From positions 50,158,001 through 50,222,000 of the forward strand of contig OZ241831.1 in the NCBI GenBank assembly GCA_965202585.1: a stretch of DNA of 64,000 bases. Direction: 5' to 3'. The first letter of the stretch is position 1; each line of letters begins with the position of its first letter. The notes under the pieces were generated by a model. It saw nothing but the letters and a program-made list of their open reading frames with translations. It searched no databases and was not told where the DNA came from. The position numbers and the translations under genes are program-made. Below, piece after piece: positions 21,734 to 36,683 of this stretch. Source of the stretch: Thalia democratica. Lineage: Eukaryota.

Positions 21734-22435
21734 TAATAAGTAATAATAAGTCCCGCTATCAGCCGAGATCGGCTATGCGTGTTGTGCACAGAGAATAAAA
21801 AACAAAAAATTACATGTTAAAAAAAAAACATACACAGTGATGCAATAAACAAAACACAAACACAAAAAACAATTAAATTCATTCTGCTTCTTATTTCTTC
21901 ATCTTCTTCTTCGTTTTTCTAAAATATTCCTTTTCTCTTTCTTGCAGTCTTTTGTGTATAGTTGATCTCTATTTGGCACGGTCATTTGCAAGCAACTCCC
22001 AATCATCAGTTCCAATGTTCAAGCTTTTTAGGTCGCGCTTGCATACATCCTTAAAACGTAATTTTGGACGTTTCGTTTGCCAACGACCAACTCGCCATAC
22101 AATAGAAACTTTGGGATCCGCTCAGTATTCATTCTCAGGATATGACCGAGCCAGCGAAGCCTGCGCTGACTGAGGGTAAAGTACATAGTGGTAAGACCAG
22201 TACGTCTCAATACATCCTCATTGGTGATCTTTTGCTGCCATGTAATTCCAAAGATGCGACGAAGGCATCGTAGGTGGAAGGTATTGGTTTTCTTCTCCTG
22301 TACGCTAGGTAACGTCCATGTCTCGCTACCGTAAAGCAGAGTACTGCAGACACAGGAACGGTAAACGTTAGCCTTTGTTCGAATGCTTAGCTTTTGGTTA
22401 TCCTAAACTCTTGCAGTCAAGCGAGCGAAAGTGCC
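21734..22435 (-). mobile_element. RTE-clade non-LTR retrotransposon 3' fragment (post-RT C-terminal region, 3' UTR and TTA-type tail), decayed
   Basis: - strand translates to ...TLLYGSETWTL...FHLRCLRRIFGITWQQKITNEDVL...RRLRWLGHILRM...RIPKFLLYGEL...[frameshift ~22070]RPKLRFKDVCKRDLK, motifs typical of RTE LINEs; internal stops; 3' hairpin AGCCGA-TC-TCGGCT followed by TTATTATTAC tail; cut by the gap. Confidence 0.9.
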
Positions 22436-22635
22436 NNNNNNNNNNNNNNNNNNNNNNNNNNNNNNNNNNNNNNNNNNNNNNNNNNNNNNNNNNNNNNNNN
22501 NNNNNNNNNNNNNNNNNNNNNNNNNNNNNNNNNNNNNNNNNNNNNNNNNNNNNNNNNNNNNNNNNNNNNNNNNNNNNNNNNNNNNNNNNNNNNNNNNNNN
22601 NNNNNNNNNNNNNNNNNNNNNNNNNNNNNNNNNNN
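22436..22635. other. Assembly gap (200 N)
   Basis: Run of exactly 200 N. Confidence 1.
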
Positions 22636-25600
22636 CAGTTTCGTCCTTATTAGTACTCATCAAGCAGGCGTAGCCGCGAGAAACTGCTGTTGAGATCATT
22701 GTTTATTAACATGATTTTACTTGAAATACCTTTTTTTAGAAAAATAAAGCGCCTTATACAACAACTAAGTGCAAAACACAACAAAAAATATTAAAAGACC
22801 TAGGCATTATAAAAATTTGTATTTATCTAGCTCTCATATGTATCTAAATGTACGAAATAATCTATTTCTGAAAAAAATAACTATTGGCGCGAGTTAAAAT
22901 ACAAATGTACATTAATATGATTTAATGATTAATGTGATGTAATAGTCTTTAAATAAAGTTTGAGTGTAAATTGTACACTTAAAAAAGTATCCAGTTTTTT
23001 TCTGGGTTGTCAAAAGTTTTATGTAAATGCCATCCAGGTTTAAAAAAAATTAGTTTATCGGACCACTTTAAAGTATAAAATTAAACTTAAGTTTAAAAAA
23101 ATATCTTAATATTGAGATAAAAAGATACTGTAAAACGTTCAAATAAGTTTTTTTAATGAAGAATAAGTTTAATGATATAAACACTTTTTATCCAACTGAA
23201 ATTTCCTTACTTTTTATATAAAATAGTTTGACATTTCTGATTTTTTAGTGATTTTAGTTAGAAACTCGACGTTTTTTTGTCTAATTTGTCAAATTCCTGG
23301 TTTTTCCTATTTTCCAGGTATTTTGCAACACTGTTTCTTGATACAATCTTTTTAAAAATGACACAATAATGAATAACTCTTGAAAAACGTAATTAAAGTA
23401 CATAGAGAATAGAAAGCAAAATCACAACGATATAAGTAACATAGTCCTTTGAATAATCATTTAACATCATAACAAAAAAAATTAAGACAAAACATAACAA
23501 TAACTACAGTGGATTTCAGACTAATTCACACATAATTTTGTATATAACCTTAAACAAATTTAACTCAAGCTGTCAACCCTACAACAAACTATTTAATAAC
23601 TTTATGCTAATAAGAGTTAATAAAATAATTGAAGAAAAATATAAAACAAAAAACAATCACTTTTAACGATTAATTAAAGTTTTACATAACTTGAAATGAC
23701 TCAGATTTTAAAACTGAATAAACAAACGTTTAAGAAAACACTCAACAGTAAATTCATCTAAATAAAGGTACCGGAATCAAAAACGAAATTGACAAACAAA
23801 AAACATACAAACTACAGCCGTAATCTGTTTTAAAAATTAAATTGAAACATTAGGTACAAACTTAAACTAAAGGCAGAACAGTTTTGCTTTTAATAATGAA
23901 TCATATAAACTTACAATCTGTCTTATTATCTTCTCAATCTAATTTTAAAGTTAAAAACTATTAGAAGCTTATACCTTATTATTTTCTTAGTTACAGCTAA
24001 GAAACTGATCTATTTCTTTTTTTAAGTCTACTAATGAACATGAATCTAAACATATTTGTACATTTTTGTCTTGACAGTTTACTTCTAATACTTAACTCAC
24101 ATTTTCGAAAAAGACAGTTGCAAAAATCGTCTGGTGCCCATGGATTAGTGAATCTTTCCAGGTTCCATCCAATATCGTCACTGCTCTGTTAAAATAAAAC
24201 TATATTACTTACTATTGTTACTCAAAGTTAAACTTTTTCAAAGAAGGTAGTTGAAATAAGTATGAATTTTATTTTTAACATTATAAAAAAAAAATACATA
24301 AGTATAAAAATGACAACAAACAAAAAATTCAGATTTTCTATTAATTAAGCTGTGAGAGATGTTGTGCTAGTTTAATTATTATGTAATTTAAACATAATTT
24401 TGTTGCTGAATGTTTTATTCTACAATTTTAATTTTGCCGTGAAATTTAATGTGCAAGTTCAGAAATAGATAGGACACCAATTTAATTACTTTGCACACTA
24501 CCAAGTAGTTATATAAAATAAATTGTTTAAACTTTTGATTGCAAGGAAAATACTTAAAAACCTGATGGAAAAGAAATCAATAACGTTTTGATACAAAAAA
24601 AATAACAGAAATACATAACAAAGTTTGTTAAAAGTTAAGTAAGTGATGAACTAGAGCAGGACTTTAAGTGATAACTTATCAGTCAATTACCAACAACTTT
24701 AAGCACTAAGGGCAGAAGAAGCAGTTTAGATCATAAGATGTATTGCATGCCAAGACTTAAAAACACTTCTTTATTAAAAGACCATGGCGTTTGAAACATT
24801 CTAACAGACAACTTCGAGGACTTCAGTTAAAAAATAACAAATAGAATAACGCAAACACCATTGAATAAACACCTTATCTTACAACATAAATATTTTATTC
24901 TAAACTGATTTAATACTTAAACACTTATTGTAATGATAGGATAAGTAATAAAATAAATTGTTTTGCTAGTTTAATAAACTAAAAAAAAATCCAAAAACTA
25001 AGCAAACGGAGAATTCGGAAGTACTTTGTAGAGCAATGAGTGGCTTGAATAAAAAAATAACTAAAAATATATGTTCCTTCATTTTAGTTTTAAGTAATTC
25101 ACTTCAAATTTTCAGGAAACATCCCTTTATAATATTGCGATTAAAGTAAAAGAGGTGGAATTATGAAAAAAATATAGACGAAAATAGATAAAGATTTTTT
25201 TTTCTAATCAACAGATCAATAGAAAATCCTTTTTTACCAGTTGTTCAAAATTTATTAAATAGTTCTCAGAACAGTTTCTGAAATGATTGCTCAAAAACTG
25301 TAGGATGAGAAATGTTTTAAACGAATTAATCTACTTTTACCTTTTTAATTTGCATCTCCCACTAGGAACCTAGTAAACTCTTTAACTTTGATCTTTTTTT
25401 TTATCAAAACTACTTAAATTTCTTGAAGTCACTGGTAGCTTAATCATTTATGTAAAAAAAAACATTAATCCAAAGTGTTTAGCCCCTGTGCCCTTAACAT
25501 TATATTTAATTGATGAAGTAAAAATACTATTTTGCAGTTTAATATCTAGTAGAATATTACACATATGGTATAATGTTATTAAACTTAAAATTCATGATTC

Positions 25601-28600
25601 TGATTAATTTATATACCATTAAGTCTAGTCAGGTTTATTTGTGTTTATACTAGTTATCTGAAAGATTATAAAATTTTGTTAAGCTTAAATAAAAGAAAAG
25701 TGTTCAAACACTTGTGGCTAATAATAATCTTAAAGCTTCTTTAATAAACACAATAAAAATATTTTCTGTAATTTGTGTTTAGAAATTAAAAAAGAATTTA
25801 TTTTATTTTAGAAATTAAACTTTAGATAGACTTTATTAATTAACTAACTAATAATGAAAAGGTTGCAGTCAAAAGCCATCTCAAAATGGAGTTAAGATTT
25901 TCAATGTCATCACATTTGTAAGCTGTTAAAAAATAATTAGTTTGCAATGTAAAAGTGAACTAAAAGGTAATATTTAAAAATTAAGCATTGCCCTTAAAAC
26001 ATATGAGAACAAAATCTAAAATTATATTCAACAATTTGAAGTGGAGATATACTTCTTATCAGAATGTGATTTGAATGCAACTTTTGATTTAAACGTTGTT
26101 TTAGAGCAGTGCCTTCCAAAGAATGGGAAAAATTGTCTTTTGTGAGGATTGGCAATATAAAGTAAGGGGGTCAAAAAAAAGAGATTTAAAAACATTGTTT
26201 AAATATCATTGTTAACTCGATTTGCTCAAACAAAATTTAACAACAATATCTTAAATGTCATAATTTATATATAGAAGAGTCGTTATATTATATTATAACT
26301 AAAGATTTTAGTTATAAATATTAAATAATAAATCAGTTTTAATTTTAGAATAAATTTACAAATACTTTTATTCAATAAAAAATATTAGTTTACAGAATTA
26401 TCGACTATATAAAACTTTCTTATGAGTATATGTCTCTGCCAAACTAATTAATGAAATAATTATTAGTTGAACAAAAAACTTAAAAAACAGTTTGGCCACA
26501 AGTTTTTTTTTTGAAATTTCTTCAAGGTTCTTAAAAGTACACAATTTTTTGTATATTTTAAGTTTGAAATAAAGTTTAGGGTAAAGAACTGTCTATCATT
26601 ATTGAAAAGATGTGTTAAACCTACTTCAAATGTATTTTTTGATGAAAAAAGCTTTTGATGATAAGAAATTATGTTATCTAGACCATAGGTTTTTTTATCA
26701 AACTGAAGTTTTACTACTTTACATGTTAACAATTTTTTAATTTCCAGGTTTTTTAGTGATATAAGTTTAAAATTTCCTTCAAGATTTCTCAACTTTCAGG
26801 TTTTTTTAGCCTTAACTGTCACATTCAACATTTTTCTAGGATTCCAGGTTAAGTGGCAACCCTAATTCTTGATGTAGAAAAAAGTCTGTCCTGAGAATTT
26901 TAAAAGTCCTGAAACTATCCTGAGATCAGGATTGCCACTTGTTTTTTTAATTTTTTTTCAGGTTTTCCAAGTTTCTTCCAGGTTTTTAAAAGTACATATT
27001 TTTGGGTCTATTTTTAGTTTTAAGTTAGGTAAGTAAGGTAAGAAAACTGTGTTAAATTGTATAAAAACATCAAAAAGATACTGAAAGCTACTTTTATTCC
27101 CTTATTTAATATAGAAATTTTTTATGATGACAAAAAATGTTTATCTATGCAAAATATTTTTTGTTTTAAATTAAACATGTTAAAACTGTTTAAAATTCCA
27201 GGTTTTTTGCTTAATATTCCAGCTTTTTTTTGCCCAAATTGTCAAATTCCAGGTTTTTCAAGGTTTCCAGGTAAAGTGGCAACCCTGTGAGGTTTTCATA
27301 AAAAATCATAACTGTCCTCAGTCATCCTGGATTTTAAAAAAGTTAAAATATTCTGAGTTACCATAAGTCATTCTGAGATTTACTAGGATTATAAAATATC
27401 CTGAGTACCCTAAATGTGTGGCCAACCTGTCATTTTCTTGTTCATTAAATGTTTTAGCATAGTGGTTATAAAAAGACATAAACTTTTTGACTATTATTGT
27501 TTTTACAGAGAAAATATATTTTCTGAATAATTGTGGCATGTAACTTGATTAGTATCAGCCATTAAAATTGTTTTAAATTTGCAAAACAACTAGGAATTTT
27601 TTCTGACCATTTCTAAATTTAAATACGAGGCTAATTAATATTAAAATATAAAACAGTTATGATTAATTTATAAAAAATTTTGATAAAATTATTCAAATAA
27701 AATTATTTTATCAATTGTGTGTATCAAATAAAGATTTAAAGTACATTATAATGATATTTACTATTAAATTATAGAAAACATTACCATATCACAATATTTT
27801 TGTTATCATTAATATTAACTACAATGATAATACTTACCTTTGTCACAGATATAAAATGGATGGCACCTATTTTAAGTCTATTTACAATATTTAGACTAGA
27901 AAATATGTGGGAAATAACAAATAGTCTCAAAGCAGTCGTGATAAACTAGGTACTTCAAGGATAGAAAATAAATTATTTTTATGTTTTAACAAACCATAAA
28001 CTAAAAATATTAGCTTGTCAATTAGGATAAACCATTTTTTGTACATGTTTAAATTAAAATAATAATTTGAAACAATTTTTTACATGCAATTTAAGTTCTT
28101 TAATGTTCAACTGATTACTCTAGAATAAGTTACTAAACTGAGTTGTAAAAAATTTACGACCGTATAACAATTGCATAAAAGTTAAATGTTTTACGTTTTT
28201 TCTTTTTACGTTTTTCTAAAATATATTATTAATGATTAGTTTGAAGTTTGAAACACTAGAATTTGAAAACGCTAAAAACGCAGTACATTTGTTGTATTTT
28301 AATTTAAATAAACCATGCTGACTCAAAAAAAATTCAAAAATTTTGTACAGACGACAAAAGCAATAATAATATCCTAAAAAAATTGAACTTTTTATAAAAT
28401 TGTTGTCAAATGGCTAGAAAAAAAATAACGCGAAACTTTGTTTTATTTTAGTTTGAAATATTCGGTAAAAAAATGAAAAAGTCGGTAAAAGTTTTTTAGA
28501 GCCAAGCCTGTGCCACGAGACAAACTCAAGTTGTTAGTTAGAAGCAAGTTTAAGTAAGCTTTTGGTAAACTGTAACTTGGATTTCGTTTTTATTGAATAC

Positions 28601-31426
28601 TGTCAGTCACACCTAAATGTCAGCCAGTTACATCTAAAAACATTTTGTTCGTCAGTCTACAAACAGCTTAATTATATTTTATAACATTTTTTAAATACTT
28701 AGTGTAGCATTTAAACTGAGTAAAAGAAAGACATCCGTTAAAATTGTTTTCTTGTTGCAACAAACAAACTTTGTAGAAGTAAATTCAACATTCAACTGTT
28801 TTTGTTTATAATTTATAATTATTTCGATGTTAACACTTCTATAAATTTGAAGTTTTATAAAAACTGAACTTGTCTACCTACTTATTATTTTTATGATTAA
28901 ATGTTACAATGTGATATTTATATAAACTCACAAAAATGATTTTTACTTAATTAATTTTATTTTGATTTTTATTTTACTTGATTAATGAGTTTTTAACCTA
29001 CTACATATAAGTAAAACATAATTCAATTTTTATCGTTTTACTTTGGCTTTATATTAATAGAACATGATTTTTAAACAAAAGTTTGTTTTAAATAAAGTAA
29101 GTTTATTTGAAATAGCTTAAACATTACAAACTAAATTACATCGAAAATAACATACCGCGGCAAATATATTATAAGTAAGCCCCTTAAATAAGTAACGTGT
29201 AATAAGGTGTAAAATAAAATACTATAATTTTAAATTTCGTTTTTCATTAGGAAATAGTATAATACGTTTTTCATTATTGCTTTTATCCTTAATGCTGTAA
29301 GATGTTTACATTTTAACTGATTTTATGTCAGCATACAATACATTAATACAGAGGTTGTTTTTGAAATTTAAATTAATCGTAAAACTTATTTTAAATATTT
29401 ACTTTGACATTGCATATTTTTTAGCTGTGGCTTAATTTTTTAAAACATACACTTATTTTAAATAAACATTTAAAAATTGATTTATAAATGCTATATCAAA
29501 CTATAAGTTTTGCTACTTTCTTATACATAGTAATTTACAAAATGTATAATACATTTTCTAGTACAAAATGAATTTCAGCATAAAGTAAATGTTCTTAATT
29601 TTTTAGATATAAAACTATAAAAATGACACTAAGTTTTGATAAAAGCAATTTGCAAATTTAAAACGTTGGAGTTGACCTTTAAAATTATCGCACCTTTGGA
29701 ATTTTGAGATTGTTTTAAAGATTAACTTTCGTTTAAGTACAATTTACACCAGTTTACAAACAATGAAAAGTCTTGTATTTGAAAAAATCCTTGACCGAAC
29801 GCTTACAACATTTGCCAGTTGTTAAAGTAAATTGCTTGAAAGCTTATAGTTAATACTTTGATTAGTATATTTCTATTAAGACAATAATTGCAGTATTTAT
29901 TTAAAATACGAAACTATTTTATACAGCTGGACGGTTTTAAATTAAACTTAAAAACCTCAAAATATCAAGTAATTAGCTTTGCAAAAAAGTTGTTTAATTT
30001 TGTTTCGCTCTTAAAACAACACTCATAAAAAACTGTTTTTAAGAGTTTAAAGACATAAACAAAGCAAACAAAACTTGAAAATGATTGTTTTATTTTCTTT
30101 ATGTTAACCAGAATTTTTCAACTCTGTTTGAACCACTTTGCAGTTATCTTATTACCAGATGGTCAAATAAATTTCCCCTGCACTGATAGAAGAGTTTTCA
30201 TTAGTAACTTTTCATTTCAAAACACAGTAAGTGGTAAAAAAACTTTTGCACACAAAATTTACTTTAAACATCAAAGTCTTTTTACGGTTTTGAAAATTAT
30301 CAATTTTATGATTAATTAGTATATAAATGTATAAGTATAACTTTATCGAGACCGCAAATATTTTTTACTAAGTTAACAAGCCATAAATACGTCTCAATAG
30401 ACCATAAACTTGAAATACATATACGTTTTTACTAGTTAAAGTTATCATAATATAAAAAGCTCTTGTCTATGTAAGGACAATATGTTTTTTAAATAAATTT
30501 TCTTTTTGTTAGTTGTTGAAGTTTGTATAAAAACAATTGTAAAACTTTTATTTGTTTTGCTTATAACTTGATAAAATTGAAGTGAAAAGTTATAAAAGTT
30601 TGAATATTTTTTTCAAATATTTTACTTTAAAAAAATTTAATTTAAATTTTACCAGCACTAAGTACTTTGATAGTAATAGAAAGAGTTTTAAACGTAAGTT
30701 AACTATTATTTGAAACTATTTAGTTAAATATAATGCTTAATACATAACATTTATGACTAGTATATATATCTAATTAGTAATTAAAAGTGTTGTTTCAAGA
30801 GTATATTGTATGTTTCAATTCAAAAAACACTTATTTACGCAGAAATGTGTGAGTACAAACTAAAATTAAGTGTTAAAATTTCTTAATTTATATAGCTTTA
30901 TTTATATTTTTTGAATAACTGATAAATTATACAAATAACGTTTAATGCAATTTACGATAACACTGATGTTTCCAATTACGTTTTATTATTTTTCTCATTA
31001 GTGCTTTCTACAAAATTATTAAAAATACTGTAAAGTTTTGTACGTTTTGCGCAACATTTTGTACTACAAAGTACAAAGAAAAACAATATTTTTTAATCTT
31101 TCATATTATTTTGAGATTAAAACACTACTTGTGTGATACTATATAAAAATTAAAGTGGTATAAATATGAATATTAAGTCGTTTTTAGTTAATTTAATGAA
31201 TAAACGTTGAGAAATAAAACTTATATAAATAGTATATTGCAAAAATAGAACTAATAGAGTTTATTTTATTTTATTTTTACATTCTATTTAAATTTACTTA
31301 GAATTTTAAATCTACAGTCTATTACTATCAATAATACTACAGTTAGATTAATGCTTAAAGCTTTGTTTTTCTAAAAAAACAGCAAAAACAGATTAACAAG
31401 TAAAGTTTCACTCTACTACCTAAATG

Positions 31427-33607
31427 GGGTGGGTGTCACTTTTGCACGAGCGTCACTTTTGCACGAAGGGTCACTTTTGCACGAGGGGACACTTTTGCAC
31501 GGCGACTCTTTTGCACGAGCGTCACTTTAGCATGAGGGGACACTTTTGCACGGCGTCACTTTTGCACGCAGGGTCACTTTTGCACGAGGGGACACTTTTG
31601 CACGGCGACTCTTTTGCACGACTGTCACTTTTGCACAAGGGGACAATTTTGCACGGCGACACTTTTGCACGGAGGGTCACTTTTGCACGATGTGACATTT
31701 TTGCACGGCGTGACTTTTGCACGAGGAGACACTTTTGCACGGCAAATTTTCTTTACGATGACAATTTTCTACAGCAGCATTGTTGCACAACGTCACATTT
31801 TTACGATGAAATTTTTGCACAGCGACATTTTGGCAAGATGAATTTTTTGTACGGAAAATCAATTTTGCATTCAGGCCGATTAAAAGTTGTTTAGCTATTA
31901 CCAAGTCTGTAACATAAAAAGAAACTGAAAACCAAAATTTTATAATACACCTATATTAAAGGCAAAAATGAAAGATCTAAAACCTTAAACATTAAATGTT
32001 AATGTTAGAAACAAACTAACGAAAAGATAACATAAAATTATTTATAAAAGATTCATACCAGGGACAATAAAATTATTTTATTTAGAAACTAGGATAAAAA
32101 TATATTAAGTGTAGGTAAGTTGTTCTAGTTTATTTTAAGTTTTAATATATTAATCAACAACGAGGCCTTTTTATATATTTTACAAATTTATTGTTCATAT
32201 GATGAACCTAGGCATCAAAACCTAGACCACTTAAACTGGAAGACACATAAAGAAAAAATGAAAAAACACATACAATTTATTAATTAAAACAAAAACAAAA
32301 ACATAATTTGATATAAAATTTATAGGTTATCATAAAAAGCAAAATTTTAACCACTAACTTATATTTATTTACGCTTTGATGTAGAACGATCAACATAAAG
32401 TATTTAAATGCATTGACTAACAACAAAAATAAAAACCTAACGCTCCAAGGACATTAACGTTAGGCTCTCATTGGCTTATTTCCTGATCATGGAATGCTGG
32501 TTTAAGCATCTCTTGATGCTTGTGATGAACATAAGTTCAATCTTCCAAATTTTACTCTCCCATTAACTTATCATGATCATGCAACATTATTGTAACGAAA
32601 TAATCTAAGTTTAAATAATGAAAATGCGCTATTTTATTGTTTTTTTTATTCTCACGCTAAATTATAAAATAAAAATAAACATCAGGTGAAATCTGAAATA
32701 ACTTTACACTTCATAAACTAACTAAATCTATATTTTTAATTTAACAATTCTTTGAAATAAAAATAACTTTAAAATATATTTTTTAGCAGCTATATAATGC
32801 TATTTACAACATCAAGAGAAAATAAGTAAAAATAATACTCAAAATTCGTGTTCTAAAGCATTACTAAATTAAGTTTATTTTTCTGTTTAAAAAGTAACAA
32901 AATTCAGATTATTTTGATTTAATGTATTTAAAGTTGTTTTTATTCAAAATTAAAAATATGTATTCAACTAGTTTATTTAAATTAAGCTAATAAATATAAA
33001 TTAATGAATTGTGGTACGTTGTTACATTGTTCTACGTAAAAATTCAAATAAAAACTTTACAATAATATTTCATTAAAAAAGTACCACATTTTATTTAATC
33101 AAAACAACTTGCGTTTAAAAGCAAAGATTATTTAAGTTTAAAAGAAAAAAAAACTATTCAAAAAAAATGTCGCCGTGCAAAAGTGTCACATCGTGCAAAA
33201 GTGACCCTCTGTGCAAAAGTGTCGCCATGCAAAAGTGTCCCCTCGTGCAAAAGTGACAGTCGTGCAAAAGAGTCGCCGTGCAAAAGTGTCCCCTCGTGCA
33301 AAAGTGACAGTCGTGCAAAAGAGTCGCCGTGCAAAAGTGTCCCCTCGTGCAAAAGTGACAGTCGTGCAAAAGAGTCGCCGTGCAAAAGTGTCCCCTCGTG
33401 CAAAAGTGACCCTGCGTGCAAAAGTGACGCCGTGAAAAAGTGTCCCCTCGTGCTAAAGTGACGCTCGTGCAAAAGAGTCGCCGTGCAAAAGTGTCCCCTC
33501 GTGCAAAAGTGACCCTTCGTGCAAAAGTGACCCTCGTGCAAAAGTGTCCCCTCGTGCAAAAGTGTCTTCGTGCAAAAGTGACGCTCGTGCAAAAGTGACC
33601 CGTTCCC
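31427..33607. mobile_element. Foldback-like element copy 3, complete
   Basis: TSD ACCTAAATG at 31418-31426 and 33608-33616; same TIRs as copy 1. Confidence 0.85.
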
Positions 33608-34214
33608 ACCTAAATGATCTAAAAACTGAAGAGTTTTTGGTAAATATGTTGCTCTACATTAAAAAAAAAAGTATACAAATATATTTTCATCTGTTACAGT
33701 ATAATTTAAAAGAATAAAACTTATAAAACTTAAGCGTCCTGGACAACACGTTAGACTGTATCCAAGTAGTGTGCGACTCGATAACCGAGTGTTTTTTGTT
33801 CACCAGGTCAAAGGACTAAATATTTTAACACTTTCTTTGTCGTTTAATGAACTCTAAACATTAACATACTAAATAATTTTTTAGTTGATTTTAAAACATA
33901 CATCGTAGTAAAAACAAATATGGACATTTTTGCTAAAAAGTACATATAATTTTAAAGTGTTATTATCTAAAATTTTGTTAAGAAAAAAAAAAAAAAAAAA
34001 CAAGCTTATTAAAAAAAAATTTTTTTGAATAAACACTTATTTTTTCAAGAAGAACAGTAAAAATTACACCAAAGCTGTTTTTGACAGTTACTGAAGTTTT
34101 ATAAAAAACGTACTTTAGCTCTAACTATAGTTAAAAAGCAATATTTTTATTTTTTTTTTGTTTTTAATAAAACTTATAAACAACGTAGCAAACTCTATAC
34201 AACAAAAGTGTAAA

Positions 34215-35377
34215 ATGAACGTCAAAGACAAACTAGAAGCTCTTCTCCTAATCGAGAGAACGGACACAATCCAAAACATCTTCAGATCCTCCACGAACGA
34301 GGCATAGAAGAACTGTACGAAACAATTGCAAAGTACTTCAAATTGGTGCTGAAAATTCACTCCGAAGTGCGAGCCGGCTCCGGAACGATGAAATTTTACC
34401 TGAAGAAGCTGATGCGCGAAGTCATGTCTTCCATGCTCGATTATTGCAACAAGATAAAATCTGTGAGGAGTTTCAGCGGGGTCGGCGTTACGTTCGGTTT
34501 CGAGCGGTTCCGAGTCAGCTTCGACTTCAGCGGCTGCAAGACTCTCATCTCGTCAGAAGATCTTCAAAAGATGCACGAGCTCACGAACAGCGTCGACTCA
34601 GTTGAAATGAGGTTCACCGAAGGGAGTTTCTTCGACAAAACGGCGTCCGGATTGGTTGAAATAGAGCGCGAGTGGGGCAGGCAACGGGCGTTCAAGAGGT
34701 ACCTCGAGTCGCTGCTGATCCGGTGCGAGAAACTGAACAACGTCAGAAAGCACCACGAAAAGTACATTGCCGAGCAGAAGAATTTCAAGCAGTTTTGCCG
34801 CGGCGTGGCGCTGAAGGAAGAGCACAATCGAATGCAGAAAGTCGCTTGGGAGTAGGTTTACAGGAAGGAGGGGGAAGCCAAGCTGGAGAACGTGTTCATC
34901 GGGTACTTTTCGTTTTTTCAAAAAATTTTCTTTGTGCAGAGCAGCTTGAGAGAAGAAGACAGGATCGCGCCCAATGGTTATTCTGTGAAGATCAACAACG
35001 AGTTGGACGCGGCTTCGGAAGCGTTTAAAAAGTTCAGTTCGGACAACGAGTTCTTTTTGAACAACGCCGCAATCAAGCCGAACTTTTTAGTGGACGAACT
35101 GCTAGGTTATGAGATAAACGCCGGCAACGTACGCAACTTTTTCAACCACCGTGTGGCGCACGTGAGCAACTATTCACCCGACTACGAGTTCGACGTTCGA
35201 AACATGGTCCGTTTCGTCAACGGGGAGAGCGGAATGAAGTCCATGGTGCCTTAGGTGCAGCGGGTGAGCAGGAAGCTCACTGCAGGTAATAACTGCAAAA
35301 TTTGCTTGAGTGAAGCAGAACGGGAGTTGAACTTGCTGAACAGCAAATACGACTTTGAAAACATTAAGTTGAATTAA
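34215..35377 (+). pseudogene. Progenitor orphan gene, second copy with the same three lesions
   Basis: Identical to 2877-4039 at offset +31338. Confidence 0.8.
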
Positions 35378-35474
35378 AACAATAACTTTCAAAGTTTTTT
35401 TTATTTAATTAATAACTAAATTTCATCAATGATAAGCTAAGTAAGTATTTAGATTTTTGCAATAAGAACTTATC

Positions 35475-36586
35475 ATGCGCCAAGGTGGCCAAGTGCGCCA
35501 AGTCGCATTGTCTATTGATTTTATGTTGCTATAGAAATTCATTAGAACTCATAAGAAATCAATGCGTTTCGACACTGTTTCGAGGTCGTATGTTCATCGT
35601 TTTCATAAACGCCTCTTGTTTTCTTATCGAAGTAGCTATGCCGAAGCTAGTATATATACGCGTCAGTTCGGTTGGAAGTGTGAATTTGTGTGCAAAATTC
35701 CACAGAAAGAGAGCTCATATATTCGAAAAGAAGAGAATTATGCAAATTTTCGGACACAATTTTTGAATGATTTTGAGTCTACACCTGAAAGAGTTAGTGA
35801 AATCGACTGCGCAGAAACGAGTTTCACCGAAGGGAGTTTCTTCGACAAAGCGGCGTCCGGATTGGTTGAAATAGAGCGGGAGTGGGGCAGGCAACGGGCG
35901 TTCAAGAGGTACCTCGAGTCGCTGCTGATCCAGTGCGAGAAACTGAACAACGTCAGAAAGCACCACGAAAAGTACATCGCCGAGCAAAAGAATTTCAAGC
36001 AACTTTGCCGCGGCGTGGCGCTGAAGGAAGAGCACAATCGAATGCAGAAAGTCGCTTGGGAGTGGGTTTACAGGAAGGAGGGGAAGCCAAGCTGGAGAAC
36101 GTGTTCATCGGGTACTTTTCGTTTTTTCGAAAAATTTTCTTCGTGCTGAGCAGCTTGAGAGAAGAAGACAGGATCGCGCCAAATGGTTATTCTGTGAAGA
36201 TCAACAACGAGTTAGACGCGGCTTCGGAAGCGTTTAAAAAGTTCAGTTCGGACAACGAGTTCTTTTTAAACAACGCCGCCATCAAGCCGAACTTTTTAGT
36301 GGACGAACTGCTAGGTTATGAGATAAACGCCGGCAACGTACGCAACTTTTTCAACCACCGTGTGGCGAACGTGAGCAACTATTCGCCCGACTACGAGTTC
36401 GACGTTCGAAACATGGTCCGTTTCGTCAACGGGGAGAGCGGAATGAAGTCCATGGTGCCTGAGGTTCAGCGGGTGAGCAGGAAGATCGCTGCAGGTAACA
36501 ACTGCAAAATTTGCTTGAGTGAAGCAGAACGAGAGTTGAATTTGCTGAACAACAAATATGATTTTGAAAACATTAAGTTGAATTAA
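35475..36586 (+). pseudogene. Array unit 1, frameshifted (1,209-bp type)
   Basis: Same three indels as 4137-5248. Confidence 0.75.
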
Positions 36587-36683
36587 AACAATAACTTTCA
36601 AAGTTTTTTTTATTTAATTAATAACTAAATTTCATCAATGATAAGCTAAGTAAGTATTTAGATTTTTGCAATAAGAACTTATC

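Noticed and set aside
22375-22699. ORFs containing X runs
   Set aside because: Artefacts of reading through the N gap
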